A DNA stretch of 64,000 bases from Candidatus Latescibacterota bacterium (GTDB lineage: Bacteria > Latescibacterota > UBA2968 > UBA8231), in contig CBDCSU010000005.1 of assembly GCA_965221775.1 (NCBI GenBank), forward strand, positions 1,152,001 through 1,216,000, in the 5' to 3' direction. The notes below the pieces were generated by a model. That model searched no databases and was not told the DNA's origin. It saw only the letters and a program-made list of their open reading frames with translations. Below are positions 50,277 to 60,500 of this stretch, piece by piece. Made by a program: the position numbers and the translations under genes. Positions within the stretch are counted from its first letter, which is position 1; the number at the start of each line of letters is the position of its first letter.

Positions 50277-52529
50277 CTATTTCAGCAGCAACAGACGCCG
50301 CGTCTGCACCTCCTGTGTGGTGGACAACCGATACAGGTATATCCCACTGGCAACAGGCGCACCGCTGTCGTTGCGCCCATTCCAGGCAACCTGATAGCTG
50401 CCGGCGGCCTGTATCTCCTGCACCAGGATGCGTACCCGCTGTCCCAGGACATTGTAAATCGCCAACTCCACAGGGCCGGCCGTGGACAGGGTATAGGCGA
50501 TCCGGGTTACGGGATTGAACGGATTGGGGTAGTTCTCCCCAAGCCCGAAGGTCAGACTTGACACCACGGGCTTGGACGCCTGCGACTCCATGACGGTGAT
50601 GACGGCCTCCCCACTCCAATCCCCTGAGGAGCCGCCAAATCGGGCGCGCACCATGGCTTTGTGCTTCTCGCCCCCCTCCAAGCCGGTGATGGTGTAGGAA
50701 GGTTCGGCGGGGAAGGCGTTGCCGGTGTTGTCGGTCCAGGTCTTGAAGCTCTCGCTCTCCTTGGCCCAGGAAATGCGGTAGTCGGCAGGCTCCTCCGTGG
50801 GTGCCTCCCAGCTGGCCTGGATCGTCCCCGGTTGAGAGCTGACCAAGGTGATCCTCCCTATGTCGCGAGAATCACGCGGGTCGGGCGGCTCCAGCACGAC
50901 AGTATTCCCCTGCGCCGGTCCGGAAGAGATGTCTTGGACTGTGATGACAACGCCGGGCGAGAGGACCAACCCGCCCCCACTGGTGGGCGGATCGGCAGGA
51001 ACGTCCTGAATTGTGACGGCAACGGCATCAGAGCCCGCGGCGCCGTGCTCGTCGGTGGCGGTGAGCGTGAAGGTGATGGTGGTATCAGAGTCCACCTGGG
51101 GCGCAGCAAACGTGGTCGAGAGGGCCGCCGGGTCTCCAAGTGAGATGCCCAAGTCGCCCCGGTCGTGGGTCCACTGGTAGGTGAGAGTATCGTTGTCAGG
51201 GTCAGAGGCCGTTCCGGACAGCGTCACTGCGGAGCCTTCCTGGACGATCTGGTCGGATCCGGCATCGGCAGTCGGCGCGGCGTTGGCAGAAGAAGCCGCG
51301 ACGGTGATGACGGCCTCCCCACTCCAATCCCCCGAGGAGCCGTCGTATCGGGCGCGCACTTTGGCTTTATGCCTCTCGCCCCCCTCCAAGCCGGTGATCG
51401 TGCAGGAAGGTTCGGTGGGGAAGGCGTTGCCGGTGTTGTCGGTCCAGGTCTTGAAACTCTCGCTCTCCTTGGCCCATGAAATGCGGTAGTCGGCAGGCTC
51501 CTCCGTGGGTGCCTCCCAGCTGGCCTGGATCGTCCCCGGCTGAGAGCTGACCAGGATGATCCTTCCTATGTCGCGAGTGCCACGCGAGTCGGGCGGCTCC
51601 AGCACGACAGGGGTAGCCACCGGGGCATCCTGAAGCTCGTAGACCCGGACCCAGTCCACCAGGGCCTCGTTCGGAAACGTGCCGGTATGAGCGTTGCCTT
51701 GGCGCCAACTCAATCCGGTGGACAGAATGACGTATCCATCACTGTGCGACAGGCCCTGGTACCTTTGTACCATGAGCTGGTCGTCCGCGTAAAAGGTGTA
51801 ACTGTCCGGTGTCCACGCTACGGCGAAGACGTGAAACTGTCCGTCGTGCATCGGAGCGAACTCCAAATCGGCAGCGTGCGAATTGCCTTCCCAATGCACG
51901 GCCAGGGTATAGTGATTGCTGACGTACACCGACTCGAGGATGTCGATTTCGGCTCCGTCGGAGGGCCCATCGACACCGCCATCTGCAGCCGTTCGGTCTC
52001 GATTGTCGTTCTGGAGCCAGAAGGCAGTGTGCATGCCGTCTGCGGTCGGCGCGATCCGGACGCTGGCCTCGAAGTATCCGTACGTCTGCTCGAACTTTCC
52101 CTTGGAGTCGATCGCAGCGGCCTTGACCAGGTCAGATGTCTGGTCAGAGGTCTGAGGATCCCGGGTATTGCGCAACACCAAGTGGCCGTCTCTCAGGCTG
52201 ACGTTGTCGTGCTCATATCTCCACCTGATTCGGTGTCCGCCATGCCAGCGCTCAGATCGAAATGCCTCACTCCTGTGATTCCACTTCGACGCATCAAACG
52301 TGGTGCCGTTGAAGTCATCGCTCCATACCAGGACCCAGCGTTTGCCGGTAGGGGGAGAGGGAGGGACTGCATCGGCCACATGCGGATAGAGTAGGAACAG
52401 CGATACCACTCGCGTAACGATGGCCCTGGCCGACCAGGCCTCTGTATCTCGACACTCTCGCTTGTACAAGCTCAATTCCTGTCCAGTTGCGTTCCATCGC
52501 ACTCTTCGGGTGCACAATAGAGCACTCAT
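50277..52529 (-). CDS. Secreted GH16 glycoside hydrolase with FN3-like x2, PKD-like and FlgD-Ig domains (start uncertain)
   Basis: WSDDFNG, YGYFEA, AFWL, EIDILE catalytic motif, VDWVRVY; ADAGSDQ PKD; NYPNPFNP...ASGIYLYRL. The start at 52529 is chosen by homology of its leader to that of the 54586 gene. Confidence 0.85.
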   Translation of the reverse strand: MSALLCTRRVRWNATGQELSLYKRECRDTEAWSARAIVTRVVSLFLLYPHVADAVPPSPPTGKRWVLVWSDDFNGTTFDASKWNHRSEAFRSERWHGGHRIRWRYEHDNVSLRDGHLVLRNTRDPQTSDQTSDLVKAAAIDSKGKFEQTYGYFEASVRIAPTADGMHTAFWLQNDNRDRTAADGGVDGPSDGAEIDILESVYVSNHYTLAVHWEGNSHAADLEFAPMHDGQFHVFAVAWTPDSYTFYADDQLMVQRYQGLSHSDGYVILSTGLSWRQGNAHTGTFPNEALVDWVRVYELQDAPVATPVVLEPPDSRGTRDIGRIILVSSQPGTIQASWEAPTEEPADYRISWAKESESFKTWTDNTGNAFPTEPSCTITGLEGGERHKAKVRARYDGSSGDWSGEAVITVAASSANAAPTADAGSDQIVQEGSAVTLSGTASDPDNDTLTYQWTHDRGDLGISLGDPAALSTTFAAPQVDSDTTITFTLTATDEHGAAGSDAVAVTIQDVPADPPTSGGGLVLSPGVVITVQDISSGPAQGNTVVLEPPDPRDSRDIGRITLVSSQPGTIQASWEAPTEEPADYRISWAKESESFKTWTDNTGNAFPAEPSYTITGLEGGEKHKAMVRARFGGSSGDWSGEAVITVMESQASKPVVSSLTFGLGENYPNPFNPVTRIAYTLSTAGPVELAIYNVLGQRVRILVQEIQAAGSYQVAWNGRNDSGAPVASGIYLYRLSTTQEVQTRRLLLLK
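50593..51608 (-). repeat. Internal direct duplication of a ~310-bp FN3-like module (about 50593-50900 and 51301-51608)
   Basis: VLEPPD..RDIGRI.LVSSQPGTIQASWEAPTEEPADYRISWAKESESFKTWTDNTGNAFP occurs twice with near-identical DNA. Confidence 0.9.
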
Positions 52530-52551
52530 CTTCGAGCCCGGCATCGCTGTG

Positions 52552-52855
52552 GACCGGCGGCTTCGCCTTGGGCGTCCACCCGGGGCCGCGGGCACAGACT
52601 CCGGCCCCCCCTCAAGGGCCGAATCTCATCCCTTGAGGGTGACCCCGGGTCCCGTGCTGGCATCCCCACGTGGAACGCGCGGAGGAAAAGGAGGGAGATG
52701 ATTTACACGTGTATAATGGGGAATATACACGTGTAAATCAAGCTTTTTTGACTTCGCTCCTCCGAGGGTCCATCCTCGATGGTCGCAGGAGTGTCCAACG
52801 GAACTCCCTCTTTGGGGAGCGGGTCGGGCGTGGTCACCGGGTTGGCACGGCGAGC
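52552..52855. repeat. Left arm of ~300-bp diverged inverted repeat flanking the LacI gene
   Basis: Aligns by eye to the reverse complement of 54203-54511 (e.g. ggcgtccacccggggccgcgggcac, gggtgaccccggg, cgtggaacgcgc, tgatttacacgtgta, ggcgtggtcaccgggt). Confidence 0.9.
52699..52740. promoter_or_regulatory. Twin LacI-type operators forming a 42-bp palindrome, overlapping a TATAAT -10 box
   Basis: TGATTTACACGTGTATA-N8-TATACACGTGTAAATCA; ACACGTGT cores 22 bp apart; TATAAT at 52712-52717. Confidence 0.8.
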
Positions 52856-52878
52856 CTTCTGGGGGACAGGCAAGGGCC

Positions 52879-53901
52879 ATGAGCAAGAAACGGGTCACCA
52901 TCAAGGACATCGCTCGGGAGCTGGGGATTACCCACCCGACGGTGTCCCGGGCCCTGTCTCAGAACCCCGAGGTTTCCGCCCTGGTGACCGAGAAGACCCG
53001 AGAGCGGATCAAGCGGCTGGCCGCGGACCTGGGCTACACCCCCAACCTGATGGCGAAGGGGGTCGTGACCGGACGCACGGGCACCCTGGGCCTGCTGACC
53101 TACCAGCTCAACCGCGAGATCCATGGCACGTACGCCGATGAGATTCTGAAGGCGGCGGACCGGCGGAACTACCGGCTCCTGGTGAGCCTGGACGCCTATC
53201 CGCGTGCTCCGATTCTACCAGAGGAGCAGGGCCGGCAGATCCAGCAGACGGTGGCCCGCGGCGTCGACGGTCTCCTGATCTATACCCGCGGGGAGGGGGG
53301 AGAGTCCGAGCGCATTCTCAAGGCGGCCGAGGGTTTGCCCGTAGTGACGTTTGGCTATACGACGAGCAAGGATCTGAGCGGCGTCGAGCTGGACGAGACG
53401 GCGGGTTTCTTCGAGGTCACAGAGCATCTGATCCGACTCGGGCACGAGCGGATCGGCTTCATCGGCTCGGACTGGCATCTGGATCGCGTCGGTTCCGCCA
53501 AGGCGCAAGGCTACTTCCGGGCCATGCAAGAGCACCACCTGACCCCGGAGCGCCTGCCTGCTACTCATCTGGTTCGATCAGGCTATCAGTTGGGAAAAAC
53601 AACCCTCGACCGGTTCACGGCCTATGTCTGCCGGACCGACTACATTGCCATCGGGCTCTGCCGCGGGCTGCGGGAAGCGGGGCTGCGCGTTCCCGAGGAT
53701 GTGGCCGTGGTGGGGCAAGGCGATCTGGAGGTGTCAGCCTACATGACGCCGGCCCTGACCACCTTGGCCACCCCCTACCAAGAGATCGCCGACACGGTGA
53801 TGGACCTGATGCTGGAGTGGCTGCAAGGCGGCGCCAGCCCTCGGAAAGCCACCCTGACCTACCGCCTCATCGTGCGGGAGTCCTGCGGAGCGAGCTCCTG
53901 A
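52879..53901 (+). CDS. LacI-family transcriptional regulator
   Basis: VTIKDIARELGITHPTVSRAL HTH, LGYTPN hinge, LGHERIGFI, VPEDVAVVG, PALTT, LIVRESC. Confidence 0.95.
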   Translation: MSKKRVTIKDIARELGITHPTVSRALSQNPEVSALVTEKTRERIKRLAADLGYTPNLMAKGVVTGRTGTLGLLTYQLNREIHGTYADEILKAADRRNYRLLVSLDAYPRAPILPEEQGRQIQQTVARGVDGLLIYTRGEGGESERILKAAEGLPVVTFGYTTSKDLSGVELDETAGFFEVTEHLIRLGHERIGFIGSDWHLDRVGSAKAQGYFRAMQEHHLTPERLPATHLVRSGYQLGKTTLDRFTAYVCRTDYIAIGLCRGLREAGLRVPEDVAVVGQGDLEVSAYMTPALTTLATPYQEIADTVMDLMLEWLQGGASPRKATLTYRLIVRESCGASS

Positions 53902-54202
53902 GCAAGCGCAGATTGTAGAGCCCATCAGCTCTCTCAAGCACGTGCGCATAGTCCGCATCGTTTGCGCACTGGCGAGGATCGGGAGCCACAATCTGCGGAC
54001 GGCCTTCCGGGCTCACGCTATTGCAAGACCTGCGGGAGCCGCTCAACCCCTCGAAGTGCCCGGCCAACACGGCCGATTCCTTGGACGGAGCACTCTTTCG
54101 GTACGTGTACGTGGTTCCCGTATCCGTATCTGCCAGGGCTTGCGAGCCTCCATGTCGAGGATCTCTCCCCCGTCCATAGGGAGGGGCATGAACCGCCTTC
54201 TC

Positions 54203-54511
54203 GCTCGCCGTGCTGACCCGGTGACCACGCCTGAGCCCATCTAGTCCCAGCACAGTGCTCGCTCCGCCGCTCCCCGTACGGGGAGTCCCACTTGGAACAC
54301 TCCCGCGGTCATCGAGGGGACTTGCTTTCACACGTGTATATCCTCACTGTTCTACACGTGTAAATCAGGATCTTTCCCTCTTCGCGCGTTCCACGAGGGA
54401 TGCGAGCACGGGCCCCGGGGTCACCCAAGGAATGCGATTCAGCCCTTGAGAGGGGGCGCTCCGGAGCGTGCCCGCGGCCCCGGGTGGACGCCAAAGGCAA
54501 AGCCACCGGTC
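54203..54511. repeat. Right arm of the inverted repeat flanking the LacI gene
   Basis: Reverse-complement homologue of 52552-52855 with indels. Confidence 0.9.
54326..54367. promoter_or_regulatory. Second pair of LacI-type operators
   Basis: TTTCACACGTGTATA and CTACACGTGTAAATCA; cores at 54330 and 54354. Confidence 0.75.
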
Positions 54512-54585
54512 AGAGTGGCGGTCCCCTGATGTAGGCGGCGGAGGTAACAAGCCGGACGGACGCAAGTCCTGGTTGCCGGCAGAAG

Positions 54586-57500
54586 ATGACCTGCACAACC
54601 AACCTGAGGGCTGCCTCCGTCTTGGCGAGGCTGGCGGCCGTCTGTCTTCTGTGTCTGTTGCCGGGAACCCTGTCCGAGTCGGAGGTGGAGGGACAGGGCG
54701 GAGACGAGGATGGGGGGGAGGCGGTGCCCTCTCGTCTGTACTGGACGGACGCGGGCACGGACAAGATCCAGCGCTCCCTCCTGGACGGCTCCGAGGTGGA
54801 GGACGTGGTCACCGGTCCGCGCCAGCTTCGGGGCCTGGCCGTGGATCTGGCCGGCGGCCGGGTCTACTGGGCCGACCGCCGCTCCGGGAAGATCCAGCGG
54901 TCCGATCTGGAGGGCTACGGGGAGCGGGACGTGGTCACCGGCCTGCGCCATCCCCGCAGCCTGGCTCTGGACTCGGCGGCCGGCCACCTCTACTGGGTCG
55001 ACGCCGGCACCGACCGGGTCCAGCGGTCCGACCTGAACGGCTCCTATGTGCAGGACCTGGTCACCGAGGGCCTGCAGATCCCGGTGGGCCTGGCCCTGGA
55101 CCCGGACGCCGGCCATCTCTACTGGGCCGACTCGGGCACCGACAAGATCCAGCGGTGCAATCTGGACGGCGCCGGGGTGGAAGATCTGGTCTCCGGCCTG
55201 CACACGCCCCAGGACCTGGCTCTGGACCCGGGGGCCGGCATGATCTACTGGGCGGACTCGGGTACGGACAGGATCCAGCGGTCCAACCTGGACGGCACCG
55301 GGGTGGAGGACGTGGTCACCGGCCTGCGCCTGCCCCAGGCGCTGGCTCTGGACGCGGCGGCCGGCCACCTCTACTGGGTCGACGCCGGCACGCGCAAGAT
55401 CCAGCGCTGCAACTTGGACGGCACGGGGGTGGAAGATCTGGTCACGGGGTTGCTCCTGCCCTGGGGCCTGGACCTGGCGTTGACCGGTCCGACCAACCGC
55501 GCCCCGACCCTGGCGCCGATCACGGACCAGACCTTGTTCGCCGGTGACCGTGTGCGCTTACGCCTGGAGGGGCAGGATCCCGACGGCGACGACCTGACCT
55601 GGGAGGCCGAGTCCAGCGACGAGGAGGTGGCCACGGTCTCGGTGGCGGCCGGGGTGCTGCTCGTTGAGGCCGTGGGCCCCGGTCAGGCGGCGACCACGGT
55701 GACCGTCCGCGACCCGGACGGCCTCCGAGCCGCGCAGGGCTTCACGGTGACCGTGCCGTCCAACCGGCCTCCGGTGGCGGTAACCTGGCTCTACTGGACC
55801 GACGCCGGCAGCGGCAGCATCCGGCGCTCGCGCCTGGACGGGTCGCAGGTGCAGGACGTGGTCGCCGGCCTGGGGCAACCGCGGGGCCTGGCCCTGGACG
55901 CGGCCGGGGGGCGGATCTACTGGACGGACAGCCGCGCCGACAAGATCCAGCGGGCAGCCCTCGACGGGTCGATGATCGAGGATCTGGTGACGGAAGGGCT
56001 GCGGTCGCCCTCGGGCCTGGCCGTGGACCCGGCGGGGGGCCAGGTCTACTGGAGCGACTACGGCGCCCGCCGCATCCAGCGGGCCGACCTCGACGGCGCC
56101 AGCGTGGAGGACGTGGTCACCCGCGGCCTGCGCGAGCCTCTGGGCCTGGCGGTGGATGCGTCCGCCGGGCGCCTCTACTGGACCGACTGGGGAGCCGACC
56201 GTGTGCAGCAGTCCCGCCTTGACGGCAGCGGAGTGCGCAGCCTGGTCACCACGGGCCTGCAGTCTCCGCAGGACATCGCCGTGGATCCGCTCGGCGGCCA
56301 TCTCTACTGGGCCGACTTCGGCACCGACAAGATCCAGCGATCCCGCCTCGACGGCTCGGAGGTGGAGGATCTGGTCGCCGAAGGGCTGCACGCCCCCCAT
56401 GGCCTGGCTTTGGACGCGGCCGGCGGCGGGCTCTACTGGACCGACTACGGCACCGGCCGGATCCAGCGCGCCAACCTCGACGGGTCCGAGGTGGAGGACG
56501 TGATCACGGAAGACCTGGACACGCCCTACGGCCTGGCCCTGGGGGCGGGACTGCCGGCGCGGCGGGTGCGGGCCGGCCACGAGCCGGACACCCTGTCGCT
56601 GGCCGGCCGCTTCCTCGACCCGGAGGGCGGGGCCCTGAGCTACGGCGCGGTCTCACGGGACACGTCGCTGGCGTCGGCCGAGGTCTCGCGGGACACCCTG
56701 ACCATCACGGGCGTGGCCCCCGGACAGACCTCGATCGCCGTCACCGCCCGCGACCCGGAGGGGCTGCAGACCACCTTGCCCCTGGCCCTGCGCGTGCTGC
56801 CCCCCGCCAACCGGCCACCGGTCCTGTCGCCGCTCTCGGACCTGGCCGCCCTCGCCGGCGACACCCTCACCGTCGGCATCGAGGCCACCGATCCCGACGG
56901 CGACAGTCTCCGCTACGAGGCTGCCTCCGCCGACACCGCCATCGCCCAGGCCGGTACCGCCGACTCGGTGATCACCCTGCTTCCCATCGCGGCGGGCGAG
57001 ACGACGGTCGCCGTCACGGTCCGCGACGACAGCCTGGCCGTGGCCGACACCTTCGGGGTGACGGTGGCGTGGCCCAACCGGGCGCCGCAGCCCGGCCGTC
57101 TGAGGGCCCGCCAGGTGTTCCTGGGCGGGGTGGCCAGGATCGTCCTGCGCCGGGAGTTCACCGACCCCGACGGCGACAGCCTGAGCTACACCGCGGCTTC
57201 GCGGGACTCGAACGTGGCCACGGTCGAGGTTTCCCGCGACACCCTGACGATCACCCCGGTGGCCGCCGGCCAGACGGCGATCGACATGACGGCCACCGAT
57301 CCGGAGGGCCTGCAGGCGGCCGGGTCCTTCGCCCTCACCGTCCGGCGCCGCCCCCCGCCCCCACCGCCCGGAGGCGGAGGCGGAGGGGGAGGAGGTGGTG
57401 GAGGTTTCTTCATCCCCCCTCCCCCGCCTCCTCCGCCCCGGACCACCAACCAGGCCCCGGTCTTCCCCGAGGCGCCGAGCGCGGAGCGCACCCTGGCCGA

Positions 57501-60500
57501 AAACACCCCCGCCAACCGGAACATCCAGCACCCGGTGCGCGCTACCGACGCTGACAACGACCGCCTCACCTACCTGCTCTCCGGCACCGACGCGGACAGC
57601 TTCTCCGTGGTCTCCACCAGCGGCCAGCTGCGCACGCGCTCGGGCATCACCTACGACTTCGAGCTCCGGGACAGCTACCAGTTGCTCCTGGAAGCCGCCG
57701 ACGGCTACGGCGACACCGCCGACATCGCCGTCACCGTCCACCTGTCCGACATCGACGAGCCGCCCCGGCCGCCGGCCCGGCCGCAGGTCGAGCCGGCCTC
57801 CTCCACGAGCCTGACCGTGACCTGGACGGAGCCAGTCAACACCGGCCCCGACATCGATGACTACGACGTGCAGTACCGCAAGAGCGGCAGCTTTCTCCCC
57901 TGGCCGCACAGCGGCCCCGGTACTTCCACCACGATCCCGGACCTGGACCCGGGCACCCGCTACGAGGCGCAGGTGCGGGCCACCAATGCCGAAGGCACCG
58001 GCGGGTGGTCGGCCTCGGGCTTCGGCAACACCAGCGCCAATCAGCGGCCCGTCTTCGACGAGTCCGCCCCCACCCGCAGTCTGGCGGAGAACACCGCGGG
58101 CCCCCAGGCCATCGGCAGTCCGGTGACCGCCACCGATCCTGAGTTCACCTCCATCACCTACCAGCTCTCTGGAGGAGACGCGGCCTCTTTCACCATCGAC
58201 GAGACCAGCGGCCAGCTGCGCACGCGCTCGGGCGTCGACTACGACTTCGAGACGAGGAGCCGCTACTCGGTGAGGGTGCAGGCCGAGGACGAGCACAACG
58301 GCCGCACGACGATCACCGTGACCATCGACGTGACCGACGACGACAACGAGCAGCCCGAGCGGCCTGACAAGCCGACGGTGACGGCCTCGACGTCCAGCAG
58401 TCTGGCCATCCGCTGGACGGCCCCCGACAACCCGGGACCGGCCATCAACGACTACGATGTCCAGTACAGCGAGGATAGCGGGGCTTTCGAGGACTGGTCC
58501 CACACCGGCCCCGGCACGGGCACGACGATCACCGGTTTGACCGCCAACACCCTCTACCAAGTACAGGTGCTGGCGCGCAGCGACGAGGGCGAGAGCCCCT
58601 GGTCCGAGTCGGTCGAGGCCACGACCAGCGCCAACCGGGCGCCCACCTTCAACGAGGGGACGAGCACCACGCGCCGTTTGGCCGAGAACACCACCGGGAC
58701 CCAGGACATCGGCAACCCGATCACCGCCACCGACTCAGACGGCGGTACCCCGGTCTACGCCTTGGCCGGCACCGATGGGGCCCGCTTCGACATCGACGCG
58801 GACAATGGACAGCTGCAGACCCGATCCAACGAGACCTGGGACTTCGAGGCGAAGTCCCGCTACGAGGTAACGGTGCGCGCCGATGACGGTCAGGGCGGCA
58901 GCAACACCATCGAGGTGGCGATCCATCTGACGGATCAGCAGGAACCGCCCGAGACCCCCTCGGCGCCCGGCGTCTCGGCGGCCTCCTCCACCAGCCTGAC
59001 CGTGACCTGGTCGGAGCCGGTCAACACCGGACCCGACATCAGCGACTACGACATCCAGTACCGGCTCAGAGACACCGGCAGCTTCCGGGGCTGGACCCAC
59101 AACAGCGCCGAGCGCAGCGCCACGATCAACCTTCTGATCCCGGACTCCACCTACCAGGTGCAGGTGCGGGCCCGCAACGCCGAAGGCGCCAGCGGCTGGT
59201 CGCCGTCGGGCTCGGGCACCACCGACCCCAACGGGCTGCCGGTCTTCGCCGACGGGTCGAGCGCCACCCGCCGCCTCGACGAGAACACCGCCGGCGTGCA
59301 CACCGTCGGCGATCCGGTGAGGGCAACGGATCCGGAGCAGACGACCCTGACCTACAGCCTCGAGGGCGCCGACGCCGACTCCTTCACCGTCGACACCCGC
59401 AACGGTCAGCTGCGCACCAGGAGCGGCCAGACCTGGGACTACGAGACGAAGTCGAGGTACTCGGTGGACGTGAAGGCCATCGACGGCCACAAGGGGGAGC
59501 GCACGATCCCGGTGACCATCGACCTGAACGACCTCAACGAGCCGCCGGTCTTCACCAGCGCCGCGGCCCTGGAAGCGGCCGAGAACCAGACCTTCGCCGG
59601 CCGCGTGGAAGCCGAGGATCTCGACAGCGTCGACGGAATCACCGGCTACACGATCACCGGCGGCGCCGATCAGAGCCTGTTGGAGGTCAACAGCGCCGGC
59701 ACCCTGACCTTCCAGGAGGCCCCCGACTTCGAGAGTCCCTCGGACGCGGGCGGCAACCGACAGTACAACGTCACCGTCACCGCCACCGGCGGCACGGGAG
59801 GCAGGGCCCTGACGGCCTCGCAGGCGATCGCCGTCACCCTAACCGACGAGAACGAGCCGCCCGTCTTCACCAGCGCCGACACCATCGAGGTGAAGGAGAA
59901 CATCCGCCTCGCCGGCCCCGTGGTGGCCCGGGACGCCGATGCCGCTGACGGCATCACCGGTTACGCCGTCACCGGCGGCGCCGACCAGGACGACTTCGAG
60001 ATCGCCGGCACGAACCAGCTGCGCTTCACGGCGGACCCCGACTTCGAGCGCCCGGCCGACTCCGGGGGCGGCAACGACTACAGCGTCGAGGTCACGGCCA
60101 CCGGCGGCGCCGACCCCCGGGACCTGACCGCCGCCAAGACGGTCGTGGTCCTCGTGGAGGACGTGAACGAGCCGCCGGGCCAGCCCGATCCGCCCACGGT
60201 CAGCGACGAGACGGAGAGCAGCCTCACCGTGAGCTGGGACGAGCCGGCCAACACCGGCCCCGTCATCAGCAACTACCACGTGCAGTACCGCCGCAGGGGC
60301 GCCTACATCGCCTGGTCCGACAGCGGGGCAGCGAGGTCGCGCACGATCACCGGCCTGCGCTCCAGCTCGACCTACCACATCCAGGTGCAGGCCAAGAACG
60401 ACGAGGGCGAGGGACTCTGGTCGAATGCCGGCAGCGGCCGTACGCACGAGGCGCCGACCGTCTCCCGCGTCGCCTTCACGTCAACCCCGGCCACGGGCCA

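Noticed and set aside
52552-54511. Insertion sequence or composite transposon interpretation of the inverted repeats
   Set aside because: No transposase, no target-site duplication seen, and the arms are long, diverged and blend into the flanking leaders.
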